Assembly (NCBI GenBank): GCA_036344135.1
Contig: JAYYUG010000057.1
Coordinates: 1-55,343, forward strand
Direction: 5' to 3'
Length of the DNA stretch: 55,343 nucleotides
DNA from: Pseudomonadota bacterium
GTDB taxonomy: Bacteria > Pseudomonadota > Alphaproteobacteria > MED-G09
Under the pieces are notes generated by a model. The model saw nothing but the letters and a program-made list of their open reading frames with translations. It searched no databases and had not been told where the DNA came from. The translations under genes were made by a program, and so were the position numbers. The stretch's first letter is position 1, and every line of letters begins with the position of its first letter. This document shows positions 9,848-20,006 of this stretch, piece by piece.

Positions 9848-12800
9848 TCAATAGTTAAGAATAGACCCAAGCCATTTTTCACACTCTTCAATGCTCATTA
9901 ATTTTCTTTTTGCATAATCTTTAACTTGATCTTTGTCGATTTTTCCTACTCCGAAATAGGATGAATCTGGATGGCTGAAATACAACCCTGAAATTGATGA
10001 TCCAGGTTTCATAGCATAATTTTCAGTAAGCTCTATTCCTGTTTTCTCCTCTACTTGAAGCAGATCAAAAAGAATCCTTTTTTCTGTATGATCTGGTTGT
10101 GCAGGATAACCATGTGCAGGACGGATGCCAATATACTCTTCGTTGATGAGTTGATCATTTCGTAGTTTTTCTTTTGGTGAATATCCCCAATATTCTTTTC
10201 TGACTTCTTCGTGCATTCTTTCTGCAAAAGCCTCTGCCATCCGATCGGCAAGTGCTTTCGTTAAAATAGCATTGTAATCATCACCTTGAAGTTCGAAGTT
10301 TCTTGAAAGCTCTTCTTCACCTATTCCACAGGTTACTGCAAACCCTCCAATATAATCTTTTATAGTTTTCTTTTTATCGTTCGGCGCAACAAAATCCGCA
10401 AGCGCAAAATTGGCCCTATTATTAGAATGGTTCATTTGTTGCCTGATCGTATGAAAGGTTGCAATGATCTTGTCTCTTTCTTCATTTTTATAAATTATTA
10501 TATCATCCACATCACTATTGGCAGGCCAAAAACCTATGATAGCCTTAGCTTTTAGCAATTTTTCACTAATTATCTCTGTTAATAAATCATTGGCATCATT
10601 AAACAATGTTCTTGCAGAATCACCTGTTATCGCATCATCCAATATACTTGGATATTTGCCGTGTAAATCCCACGATCGGAAAAAAGGTGTCCAATCAATA
10701 TACTTACGTAAATCTGATAAATCATAATTGATAAATTTCTTTGTTCCCAAGAAGTTCGGTTTTATTGGCGCTAAGTTTTCATAATCAGCTACGAAACGAT
10801 TATCACGAGCTTTTTCAATAGAAATGTGTTTTGACCGGATTTTTTTTCCTTCATGTTTCTTTTGTAATAATAAGTATTCCTCTTTCACTTCATTTATAAA
10901 TGAACGTTTCTTTTCATATGATAAAAGATTACTTGTTACTCCAATAGCACGACTAGCATTAGTTACGTAGACTGCTTGGCCATTGTGATAATTTGGAGAA
11001 ATCTTCACTGCGGTATGAATTTTACTTGTTGTTGCCCCTCCTATTAAGAGTGGAATATTCATATCTTCATTGTCCATTTCTGAAGCAACATGGCACATTT
11101 CATCTAAGCTCGGGGTAATTAAACCTGATAATCCTATAATATCTACTTCCTCTTCTTTCGCCCTTTCTATTATTTCGTTAGCATGTACCATTACACCTAA
11201 ATCTATGACCTCATAATTGTTACACTGAAGAACCACACCCACAATATTTTTTCCTATGTCATGCACATCACCTTTAACAGTTGCAAGCAAAATTTTACCA
11301 GCTGACACTTTTTTAGCTGCCCTGTCACTACCTTTTTCCTTCTCTAGAAAAGGTTCAAGATATGCAACCGCTTTTTTCATAACTCTTGCAGATTTTATAA
11401 CTTGGGGAAGAAACATTTGACCTGAGCCAAACAGATCCCCGACATGGTTCATTCCATCCATTAAAGGACCCTCAATTACATTTATGGATTTTCCAAGTTC
11501 CAATCTTGCTAATTCTGTGTCCTCCTCAATAAAATCACTTATTCCTTTTACTAATGCATGCTTTAATCTCTCAGTTAACGAAAGTGTTCTCCACTTTGAT
11601 TCTTGTTCAATTGTTTCGCTTTTAATCCCGCTGTATTTTTCTGCTATTTCAATTAGTCTCTCAGTAGAGTCTGTACGGTTGTTGAATAAAACGTCTTCTA
11701 TTCTTTTTTTAAGATCTTCATTAATTTCTTCGTAAATACTAAGTTGACCTGAATTAACTATACCCATATCCATACCGCTTTTTATTGCATGATAGAGAAA
11801 TATACTGTGCATCGCCTCGCGAATGATGTCGTTTCCTCTAAAAGAAAATGAAAAATTAGAAACACCACCAGAAATATGAACATTATTGAATTCTTCTTTT
11901 ATTCTTTTTACCGCGTTAATATAATCAATTCCGTAGCGGTTATGTTCTTCTATTCCAGTGGCTACTGCAAAAATATTTGGGTCAAAGATAATATCCTCTT
12001 CAGGAAAGTTTATTTTCTCTGTCAAAAGATTGTAAGATCTTTTGCATATCTCGTATTTTCTATCTTCCGTATCTGCCTGACCCTTTTCATCAAATGCCAT
12101 GACTATGATCGCGGCTCCAAATTTCATACACATTTTGGCTTGTTCTAGAAAAACTTCTTCACCTTCTTTGAGGGATATTGAATTTACAACAGATTTTCCC
12201 TGAACACATTTTAAGCTTGATTCTATTATTGACCATTTTGAGCTATCTATCATGAAAGGAACTTTTGCTATTTCTGGCTCTGTAGCAGCCATGTTCAAGA
12301 ATTTTTTCATTAGATGTTCGGTATCAAGCATTCCTTCATCCATATTGATATCAATCATTTGGGCGCCATTCTCAACTTGGTTACGAGCTATTTCTAAAGC
12401 CAGATCCAAATTTTCTTCCTTTACTAGCTTTTTAAACTTTGCCGAACCAGTAACATTTGTTCTTTCACCAACATTAACGAAAGGTATTTCATCGGAAAAG
12501 TTCAAAGGCTCTAATCCTGACAGACGCATGATTTTGGTAATGTGAGGAATTTTTCTAGGCTTATGCTTTTGGACGATTTTCGAAATATTTGAAATATGTT
12601 TTGGAGTAGTTCCGCAACAACCACCAACTATGTTTAATAGCCCCTCTTCGGCGAATTTATTTATGATTCTCGCCATTTTCGCAGGAGTTTCATCATATTC
12701 TCCAAACTCATTAGGTAAACCCGCGTTTGGATATATACAAATATTGGTATCGGCAACTTTTGAAATTTCTGAAACATAAGGATACATTTCTTCAGCTCCC

Positions 12801-13558
12801 AAAGAACAGTTCAAACCGACAGCAAAAGGTTTTGCATGCTTGATTGAGTTCCAAAAGGCTTCAGTGGTTTGTCCCGATAAAGTTCTTCCTGATTTATCTG
12901 TTATTGTTCCCGATATCATCAAAGGAAGTTTAATATTTAATGTTTCAAAGGTATCTTTAACCGCATGGATTGCTGCTTTAGCATTAAGAGTGTCGAATAT
13001 AGTTTCAATCATTATTATATCCGAACCTCCATCAATTAAACCTTTTGCAGCTAGTGAATAACTTTCATACAAATCGTCATACATTATATTTCTTGCACCT
13101 GCGTCGTTGACATCTGGAGAAATTGAAGCCGTTCTATTGGTAGGGCCTAATACTCCAGCGACGTATTTTGGTAACTCTGGTATTTCTTGTTCAAAATTAT
13201 CACATGTCTTTCAGGCTATTAAGGCCCCTTGATAATTAAGTTCGTAAGATATGCTTTCTAATTGGTAGTCTTTTTGAGATATAGATGTCGATGAAAAAGT
13301 GTTAGTTTCGATTATATCACTACCCGCATTGAGGAAGGTTTTATGAATATTCTTTATAATCTTCGGTGATGTAATTGAAAGGATATCGTTATTACCTTTC
13401 AGTTCGCAACTATGGTTCTTAAAATCTTTTCCCTTATAAACGTTCTCTTCAAGGTTATGATTTTGAATCATAGTAGCCATTGCTCCATCAAAAAGAAGTA
13501 TGCTTCTTTCTAAGAGCTTGGGTAGTTCTCGAATTCTTTTTTCACGGTTCCAGTTCAT
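9848..13558 (-). pseudogene. metH: Cobalamin-dependent methionine synthase MetH, full length (~1235 codons) but interrupted by a single in-frame TGA at 13211-13213
   Basis: ORFs 13211..13558 and 9848..13084 share a frame. Hand translation of the 126 nt between them gives [42 protein letters not shown] with no further stop. All MetH modules are present: Hcy domain (GGCCGTTP), pterin domain, B12 domain (GDVHDIGKN) and the AdoMet activation domain. Whether the stop is a real lesion, a sequencing error or is read through cannot be decided from the sequence. Confidence 0.9.
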
Positions 13559-13581
13559 TATCCTAGCAAGCTTTCTTATAA

Positions 13582-14409
13582 CTAATAGAGTGAACTACAT
13601 ATATCATATGTAAGATCTGCTTGATTAAGTGTATAAAAATGCAAATTAATAAAATCATTACTAATTAATTTTTCACAAAAATCTAAGCCTATTTCTTTTG
13701 CTACCTCTCTTCTTGCTTTATGATCATCATCTAAGCCTTTGTACTTTTTTTCTAACCAATTCGGAATTGTTGCACCGCATTTTTGTGCCATATTCTTTAC
13801 GTTCTTAAAATTTGTAGTAGGCATTATTCCTGGAATAATAGGAATATTTATTCCTGCTGCTTCTATTTTTTCTCTAAATCGGAAAAGAATTTCTTCGTCA
13901 AAAACGAACTGAGTTATGGCTCGATTAGCTCCCGCATCTATTTTCCTTTTTAGAAACTCTATATCATCATCTATTGATTTTGAATCAGGGTGTTTCTCAG
14001 GATAAGTTCCCACAGTAATTTCTAAGATACCAAAATTGTGTAAAGTTTTAACTAGCTCTACTGAGTCAGAATATCCTTCAGGATGAGGCTCGAATGTTCC
14101 CATGTCTGGCATATCTCCCCTTAACGCAACAATATGTCTAACTCCTATCTCATGGTAATTTGTTATTACTTGATCCACTTCCATTTTATTCGAAGATACA
14201 CAGGTTAAATGTGCAGCCGGCTTTAAATTTGTTTCATTAATTATCTTTTCGACACACTTATGTGTCCTATTACGAGTAGATCCACCTGAACCGTATGTTA
14301 CTGATACGAATTTTGGATTAAGAGGAGCCAAATGTTTTATAGAAGACCAAAGTTTTTTTTCCGATTCCTCTGTTTTAGGAGGAAAAAATTCGAAAGACAG
14401 ATTGACCAT
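13582..14409 (-). CDS. metF: 5,10-methylenetetrahydrofolate reductase
   Basis: 275 aa. N-terminal FSFEFFPPKT, then VTYGSGGSTR and HLTC motifs. It sits 23 nt upstream of metH on the same strand. Confidence 0.9.
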   Translation of the reverse strand: MVNLSFEFFPPKTEESEKKLWSSIKHLAPLNPKFVSVTYGSGGSTRNRTHKCVEKIINETNLKPAAHLTCVSSNKMEVDQVITNYHEIGVRHIVALRGDMPDMGTFEPHPEGYSDSVELVKTLHNFGILEITVGTYPEKHPDSKSIDDDIEFLKRKIDAGANRAITQFVFDEEILFRFREKIEAAGINIPIIPGIMPTTNFKNVKNMAQKCGATIPNWLEKKYKGLDDDHKARREVAKEIGLDFCEKLISNDFINLHFYTLNQADLTYDICSSLY

Positions 14410-14513
14410 GTATACTCCATACCAATTTAAATGGTTTTTAATAATAATAACCTAATTCACGTTGTAATATAGGAATTATTGTTTGCTTCAGTAAATCGTG
14501 TCATATTTCAAGA

Positions 14514-15014
14514 ATGAAGAAATTATTATTATTTTTTGTATTTTTAACAACAGTATATTTTCAATCAAATATTTCTGAAGCAAGAATAATTATTCCTAGC
14601 GATGAAGTCTTAAGTCAACCTCTTCCATATCCGTATGAAGGCAAAAGAGTTACGACTGAGGAGCTTTTTAACTTTATAGATAAAAATAGAAATTTAAGAC
14701 AATCAATTATTATTTTTGGGGCTAATTGGTGTCCAGATTGTAGGATTCTAGAAGGAACATTGATGTTACCTACGGTAAAAGAATTTATTAATAAGCATTA
14801 TTCAATATTACATATAGATGTGGGAAAATATGATATAAACATGCCATTAGTCGATATTTTGGGACTTGAAGGCCAAAAAGGAATTCCAAAAGTTTTAATA
14901 TTTGATAAAAAAGGAATGTCAGTAAACCTTGCAACAAGTGATAGATGGTATACCGCCAGGGAAAGTAAGACTCAGGAGATTTTTGATTATTTTCAAAAAT
15001 ATTCTCTTAAGTAG
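14514..15014 (+). CDS. Secreted thioredoxin-fold protein (WCPDC active site)
   Basis: N-terminal signal peptide MKKLLLFFVFLTTVYF and the redox motif GANWCPDC. Confidence 0.75.
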   Translation: MKKLLLFFVFLTTVYFQSNISEARIIIPSDEVLSQPLPYPYEGKRVTTEELFNFIDKNRNLRQSIIIFGANWCPDCRILEGTLMLPTVKEFINKHYSILHIDVGKYDINMPLVDILGLEGQKGIPKVLIFDKKGMSVNLATSDRWYTARESKTQEIFDYFQKYSLK

Positions 15015-15017
15015 TAG

Positions 15018-15093
<76 letters not shown>

Positions 15094-15153
15094 TTGTAGG
15101 TTAATAGATTAGCAATATAAGCTTTCAAAACCTTAATTCACAAGTTTTAACTA

Positions 15154-15303
15154 TCATTTTTGTTCATTATCTTCCTGAAGATCGATTTGGTATTTTTCTC
15201 CAAGCCATCTATTAAGATCTACTTGAGCGCACCTTTTGGAGCAAAATGGTGAATAGTTCGCGTCAGCCTCTTTTTTACATATAGGACAAGTTTCTGTTTT
15301 CAT
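15154..15303 (-). CDS. yacG: DNA gyrase inhibitor YacG (zinc-finger protein); absent from the ORF track because it is under 60 aa
   Basis: Hand translation gives MKTETCPICKKEADANYSPFCSKRCAQVDLNRWLGEKYQIDLQEDNEQK*. The CPxC...PFCSKRC..DL..W pattern is the YacG signature. Confidence 0.8.
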   Translation of the reverse strand: MKTETCPICKKEADANYSPFCSKRCAQVDLNRWLGEKYQIDLQEDNEQK

Positions 15304-15316
15304 AGAAATATCCAGT

Positions 15317-15535
15317 TTATTTATGTCTATAAGTTATTCGGCCTTTTGTTAGATCATAGGGAGTCATTTCCACGGTTACTTGATCACCTGCAAGAACCCT
15401 TATTCTATTCTTCCTCATTTTTCCTGCCGTATGAGCTATTATCTCATGGTCATTCTCGAGCTTAACTCTAAAAGTTGCATTTGGGAGTAATTCTGTAACT
15501 ACTCCAGGGAATTCTAAAAGCTCTTCTTTTGCCAA
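15317..15535 (-). CDS. infA: Translation initiation factor IF-1
   Basis: 72 aa, [70 protein letters not shown]. This is near-canonical alphaproteobacterial InfA. Confidence 0.97.
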   Translation of the reverse strand: MAKEELLEFPGVVTELLPNATFRVKLENDHEIIAHTAGKMRKNRIRVLAGDQVTVEMTPYDLTKGRITYRHK

Positions 15536-15610
15536 GTTACCTCCTCTTCAGTTCTTATAGCAAAGAAAATCTAGTTATTAAAGTTTTCAATTACAGATGC
15601 TAAAAAAAGT

Positions 15611-16087
15611 TTATATATAAAGCGAATATAATAATGTAAATAGTCTTCTTGCAGTTTGGTGATCTATGTTGAAGTTTTTTTTCATTAATTTTTTTAAAAT
15701 TTCTGCTCCTTCATCGTGAATCTTTCTTCTATTATTTTCTATTTTTTCAATGTCATCAATGGATCCGTCTTTAATGGAATCAAAATATCTTGTACAAGCA
15801 TTATGGTAGAACTTTATTGTCTTTTTTAGAGAGTTTATAGGTATCCTATATGTTTTATTAAAAGAATTGTCTTCATTTGAAATTGATTTAATTAAAATAC
15901 CCTCATGAAGTGAAAGATTTATCTCATAAGGTCCAATAACATTTTCTTCTTTTATCTCAAAAAAATTTTCATTGACCAAGTCATGAATAGCGGCTTGTCT
16001 TTCATAGTTTACGAACTCACTTATCTGTGGTTTATTCTTATTAGTTAGGAGAATTTTATTTATAGAATTATCTTTACTCTTGGCCAT
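15611..16087 (-). CDS. UPF0262 family protein
   Basis: The C-terminal motifs RRKIHDEGAE and QTARRLFTLLYSL match alphaproteobacterial UPF0262, as does its position between hisD and infA. Confidence 0.75.
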   Translation of the reverse strand: MAKSKDNSINKILLTNKNKPQISEFVNYERQAAIHDLVNENFFEIKEENVIGPYEINLSLHEGILIKSISNEDNSFNKTYRIPINSLKKTIKFYHNACTRYFDSIKDGSIDDIEKIENNRRKIHDEGAEILKKLMKKNFNIDHQTARRLFTLLYSLYI

Positions 16088-16091
16088 TAAG

Positions 16092-17399
16092 TTAATCTTT
16101 GAGTCTCAATCTAATAGAGTTCGCGTGTGCATCTAGTCCTTCACATTCAGCAATAATTACAGCTGGAGGTCCTAAAGTTTTTATTGTTTCTCGTTCACCC
16201 GTAATTGTTGATTGTCTCCTAAGAAAATTAAACACTGAGAGACCCGAATAATTTTTAGCCATGCCATTTGTTGGTAAAACATGGCTTGATCCTATTATAT
16301 AATCTCCCATAGCTTCTGGTGTCCATACTCCTGTAAAAATTACGCCGGCATTAATTATTTCTTTTTCAATGATCTCATAATTTTTACACAAAATTGAAAG
16401 GTGTTCAGGAGCTATCGTGTTAGCAATATCTGCTGATGTGGATAAATTATTAACAACTATTGCATAACCATTATTTTTTAAGCTTTCACTTATTATCATT
16501 GAACGGCTCAATTGACTTATTTGAATTGTAATGCACTCGTCAACTTTTTTTGCAAAACTTATATCATCAGTGATAAGGATTGCCTGAGCTGTTTCATCAT
16601 GTTCAGCTTGAGCAATAAGATCAGCCGCCACCCACTCCGGATTAGTATAATTATCAGAAATAATTAAGATTTCGCTAGGACCTGCAATCATATCAATCTT
16701 GACATTTCCTATAACTTGTTTTTTCGCTTCAGCTACCCATTTATTTCCAGGTCCAATTATTATATCAACCTTTGATATTGTTTCAGTTCCCCAGGCAAGT
16801 GCTGCTATTGCATGGGAACCCCCAATTTTATATATTTCTTCTATATTGCATAAATCTAAAGCAGCTAAAACTAAAGGATCAATTCTATTATTTGGGCAAG
16901 GAATAGTTGCCTTTATGTTTTTAACACCAGCTATCTGGGCAGGTATAATTGTCATTAAAACCGAACTTGGGTAGGATGCCTTGCCTCCTGGTATATATAC
17001 TCCTACTCTTTCTAGAGCAATCCATCTTGTCTTAATATTAATCTTCTGATCATCAGAAAATAAAGAATCTTTAGGCATTTGTTGGAGGTGAAATTCCTCA
17101 ATTCTTTTTTTTGCTAGGCGAAGAGCTTGAAGACTTTCTTCAGAACATTTTTCTTTAGCTTCCTCAATATCTGTTTGAGAAATGAATAAATTTTTAGATG
17201 GATTTTTGATGCCATCTAATTCTTCCATATACTTAAAAAGGGATTCGTTACCTCCTTCTTTTACGTTCTTTAGAATTTCGGAAACCTTATCAGTAATTTC
17301 TTCGTTTAAATCCAATCTACTATTCACTAATGATTTTATACTATGTTCAAAATTATCTTCGCCTTCTTTTATGTAATTAAACATTTTAATCTTTGTCAT
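16092..17399 (-). CDS. hisD: Histidinol dehydrogenase
   Basis: 435 aa. Conserved YIPGGKASYPSSVLM, AGPSE, QAEHD and APEHL motifs. Confidence 0.95.
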   Translation of the reverse strand: MTKIKMFNYIKEGEDNFEHSIKSLVNSRLDLNEEITDKVSEILKNVKEGGNESLFKYMEELDGIKNPSKNLFISQTDIEEAKEKCSEESLQALRLAKKRIEEFHLQQMPKDSLFSDDQKINIKTRWIALERVGVYIPGGKASYPSSVLMTIIPAQIAGVKNIKATIPCPNNRIDPLVLAALDLCNIEEIYKIGGSHAIAALAWGTETISKVDIIIGPGNKWVAEAKKQVIGNVKIDMIAGPSEILIISDNYTNPEWVAADLIAQAEHDETAQAILITDDISFAKKVDECITIQISQLSRSMIISESLKNNGYAIVVNNLSTSADIANTIAPEHLSILCKNYEIIEKEIINAGVIFTGVWTPEAMGDYIIGSSHVLPTNGMAKNYSGLSVFNFLRRQSTITGERETIKTLGPPAVIIAECEGLDAHANSIRLRLKD

Positions 17400-17808
17400 G
17401 GTCTGGTTTATTTTTAACTTCCCATGGATCTCCTATATCTGTAAGAAATGCTTCTATATTCTCAGTCTCTAAATTGATAGCTTTATTTCCAGAAAATTCT
17501 AGAATTATTGAACCGCTCGGTTTTTTCTCAGACTCAAACCTTATCGTGAGTAATGAGAGAGTTTCATCTTTAGTGTCTATGTCTATCAATTTTGTTTTGA
17601 CTTTATTAATATAGTCAAAATGAATAGCTGATCTTATTCTTTTAGTACCTTCCTTCTCGTGACAGTATCTATTCATTAGTACCGCAAACCTTTTAGCAGA
17701 ATTGTCATAACCCAATTCATTTATTTTAATAATACTGTCTTGAGTAAGGCTAGACAAAATAATCAAACTTTCTTCATCAAAGGCTTTTAATTTAAGTCCT
17801 TCACTCAT
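17386..17808 (-). CDS. DUF2948 family protein
   Basis: 140 aa. LKLKAFDEESLIILSSLTQDSIIKINEL...KRFAVLMNRY matches the DUF2948 pattern. It sits in the conserved slot between murA and hisD and overlaps the hisD start by 14 nt. Confidence 0.75.
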   Translation of the reverse strand: MSEGLKLKAFDEESLIILSSLTQDSIIKINELGYDNSAKRFAVLMNRYCHEKEGTKRIRSAIHFDYINKVKTKLIDIDTKDETLSLLTIRFESEKKPSGSIILEFSGNKAINLETENIEAFLTDIGDPWEVKNKPDHDKD

Positions 17809-19071
17809 TTAAGTGTCCTGAATACGTTTTATGTCTGCTCCACATCCATTTAATTTTTTTTCTAATTCTTCAAACCCTCTATCAAGGTGGTAAATTCTTC
17901 TAATACTGGTTGTTCCTTTTGCAGCTAATGCTGCAATTATAAGTGAGGCTGAAGCCCTTAAATCAGTAGCCATAACTGGAGCAGCTATTAAACATTTTAC
18001 CCCTTTCACAATAGCCAAATCTCCCTCAAGTTCTATATTCGCCCCAAATCTTGCTAACTCTTGTACATGCATAAACCGATTCTCAAAAATATTTTCTTTT
18101 ATACGTGATACGCCATTTGACAATGTCATTAAGGCCATAAATTGTGCCTGAAGATCTGTTGGAAAACCTGGGTAGGGAGCTGTTTCTATGTTAGTTGAAA
18201 GGATAGGGCTATTTTTTCTTTCTAATGAAATTGAATTATTAGAAGAATAAATATCAACTCCAGCTGATTCTAATGCTCTAATTAGTATGTCAATTTCTGT
18301 AGCATTTATGTTATTAAGTTTTAAATGTCCTCCTGTCATAGCAAGAGCAATAGCATAAGTTCCTGCTTCTATTCTGTCAGATGGTACTTGGATAGATAAT
18401 CCATAAAGAGACTCAACTCCAGTTATGTTTATCTTTTTTGTTCCAAGTCCTTCTATCTTAGCTCCCATCTTTTGTAACATTCTACCTAACGCCACAACTT
18501 CAGGTTCGCATGCTGAGTTTTCTAATGATGAATCCCCTTTGGCAAGAACTGCTAGCATGAGAAAAAAATGTGTACATCCGACAGATTGAAAATCGAGCGT
18601 TATTTTTGAGCCTCTTAAACCTTCTTTTGATTTTGCTTTCACATAACCATTTTCGACAGTATAACTAACATTCATTTTTTCCATTATCTTTAAGTACATA
18701 TTAATAGGTCGTATACCTATTGCGCACCCCCCAGGTAAAGAAACTTCAGCACTACCGAACCTTGCTATTAATGGAGCAAGAACCCAAAAACTTGCGCGCA
18801 TTTTTCTAACCAAGTCATATGGGGCTAAAGTACGGATAATTTTTTCTGTTTTGATTTTTATTAATCTATTGTTATGAGCTATCTCAGAACCTAATATTCT
18901 TAGTAAATGTTTTAAAGTTTCCACATCTGATAAATTTGGAACATTATTCAATTCTACTTTTTGTTTAGTTAAAAGAGAGGCTATCATCATAGGAAGGCTG
19001 GCATTTTTGGAACCTGAAACATCAATAGTTCCATCTAACTTTTTTCCGCCTTCTATAATTATTAAATCCAT
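17809..19071 (-). CDS. murA: UDP-N-acetylglucosamine 1-carboxyvinyltransferase
   Basis: 420 aa. N-terminal G.V.VSGSKNASLP, the active-site Cys loop LPGGCAIGIRPI, and C-terminal IYHLDRGFEELEKKL. Confidence 0.96.
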   Translation of the reverse strand: MDLIIIEGGKKLDGTIDVSGSKNASLPMMIASLLTKQKVELNNVPNLSDVETLKHLLRILGSEIAHNNRLIKIKTEKIIRTLAPYDLVRKMRASFWVLAPLIARFGSAEVSLPGGCAIGIRPINMYLKIMEKMNVSYTVENGYVKAKSKEGLRGSKITLDFQSVGCTHFFLMLAVLAKGDSSLENSACEPEVVALGRMLQKMGAKIEGLGTKKINITGVESLYGLSIQVPSDRIEAGTYAIALAMTGGHLKLNNINATEIDILIRALESAGVDIYSSNNSISLERKNSPILSTNIETAPYPGFPTDLQAQFMALMTLSNGVSRIKENIFENRFMHVQELARFGANIELEGDLAIVKGVKCLIAAPVMATDLRASASLIIAALAAKGTTSIRRIYHLDRGFEELEKKLNGCGADIKRIQDT

Positions 19072-19187
19072 TATTTATTAACTTTTTCCTTTTCCTTATT
19101 TCTTTTTTTCTGAACTTTTCTTCTTTTGAGATTATTCCTTAAGGCCTCATATAGATTCTTTTCTCTATTTCTATTTTTTTCTCTCAT
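19071..19187 (-). CDS. Small highly basic ORF (38 aa) translationally coupled to murA; not in the ORF track
   Basis: Hand translation gives MREKNRNREKNLYEALRNNLKRRKVQKKRNKEKEKVNK*. Its TAA overlaps the murA ATG (TAATG). The LRNNLKRRK core resembles short basic ORFs I recall in other alphaproteobacteria. In AT-rich DNA such a Lys/Arg-rich ORF could also arise by chance. Confidence 0.35.
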   Translation of the reverse strand: MREKNRNREKNLYEALRNNLKRRKVQKKRNKEKEKVNK

Positions 19188-19284
19188 AAATATATTTCTT
19201 TATAATTTTGTGTCTTAATCTATAACATCTAAATATTATATAATTTAAAAGCATTTTAGTTTAATACACTATTTTAAATTTTGT

Positions 19285-19359
19285 GCCCACGTAGCTCAGG
19301 GGTAGAGCACTCCCTTGGTAAGGGAGAGGCCAAGAGTTCAATTCTCTTCGTGGGCACCA
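19285..19359 (+). tRNA. tRNA-Thr (anticodon GGT), CCA encoded
   Basis: GCCCACG TA GCTC AGGGGTA GAGC A CTCCC TTGGTAA GGGAG AGGCC AAGAG TTCAATT CTCTT CGTGGGC ACCA, a complete cloverleaf. Confidence 0.93.
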
Positions 19360-19672
19360 TTTTAAGTTCATATTTAAAAAATTAATCATTTTTTTTGTTC
19401 TTTAAAAAACACTAAGAATCAAGTAGTTAGTTGAATTGTTTTTTAATGAACTATTTAACGCTGATTCTTGTTAGAGAATTATAAAATTTTGTAAAATATT
19501 ATTATAAAATTATAAGATAAGAGCATATTGTTGATAATATTATTCGGATACAAGATGTAGTATTATAACTTCTGGCTTGCATAAGAATAACTTTAAAGCC
19601 CAGTTTTCCCATGCTTTTCCACACCTAAATTAACAAATGTGACGAAAATTTGACAAAAATATTAATGTTTAG

Positions 19673-19701
19673 TTGACATATTGAGTAGAAAAATATGGAA
19701 T
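19673..19701 (+). promoter_or_regulatory. Candidate sigma-70 promoter for the 73-aa membrane-protein gene
   Basis: Perfect -35 TTGACA at 19673-19678. The best -10 candidates are TATGGA (15-nt spacer) or TGGAAT (17-nt spacer), both imperfect. It is followed by a ~55-nt leader and a strong SD, AAAGGAGG, at 19743-19750. Confidence 0.35.
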
Positions 19702-19757
19702 CGGGATAGTGAGGATCCGGGGGAGGATCAGCACATAATGCAAAAGGAGGATTTAGC

Positions 19758-19979
19758 ATGCTTAATTCTGCAAAAAACTTTCTACGTGAAGTTGTACAAT
19801 TAGGGCTTCTTTTAATTGCTGTAGCTGTTGTTTTACAAGTTATTTTCGGTTCAGCTGTTCCATTCGTGGGCGGTGATATTATCGGGAATTTAACTGGTGT
19901 AATAGGTAGCTTAGGTGATGGAGGTCTTGTAGGTTTAATTTCTGTAGGAATTATTCTATACCTTCTTCAACGTGCGTAG
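19758..19979 (+). CDS. Small Gly-rich two-TM membrane protein (73 aa), function unknown
   Basis: ATG preceded by AAAGGAGG. Two hydrophobic helices (LGLLLIAVAVVLQVIF and GLVGLISVGIILYLL) flank a Gly-rich loop (GGDIIGNLTGVIGSLGDGG). A strong terminator follows. Confidence 0.7.
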   Translation: MLNSAKNFLREVVQLGLLLIAVAVVLQVIFGSAVPFVGGDIIGNLTGVIGSLGDGGLVGLISVGIILYLLQRA

Positions 19980-20006
19980 TTAAATCTACAACGTTAAGTA
20001 GACTTT

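Noticed and set aside
13211-13213. TGA in metH as selenocysteine, or as a reassigned (Trp/Gly) codon
   Set aside because: The position aligns with a non-catalytic Arg in MetH. I see no convincing SECIS-like hairpin in the 40 nt downstream. TGA clearly terminates other genes here (yacG, the CoA-transferase ending at 24427). No suppressor-type tRNA is in the window.
19478-19511. Direct repeat ATTATAAAATT x2 in the spacer after tRNA-Thr, and an imperfect inverted repeat CTAAGAATCA / TGATTCTT-GTTAG (19412-19473)
   Set aside because: These are short, A/T-only or imperfect repeats, which are expected by chance in DNA of this composition. No flanking structure suggests a MITE or IS end.
19700-19757. 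The GC-richer leader of the 73-aa ORF as a riboswitch (guanidine, fluoride, preQ1 and SAM classes considered)
   Set aside because: I could not match it to the conserved cores of those classes as I remember them. The repeated GAGGATC is direct, not inverted, so no obvious stable aptamer fold emerges. I left it as part of the broader finding only.
19863-19871. A 9-nt copy (TTCGTGGGC) of the tRNA-Thr 3' end (19347-19355) as a possible att-site repeat marking an integrated island
   Set aside because: A 9-nt match is expected by chance at roughly this frequency in a 55-kb window searched on two strands. It falls inside the small membrane-protein ORF. There is no integrase or other mobile-element gene nearby.
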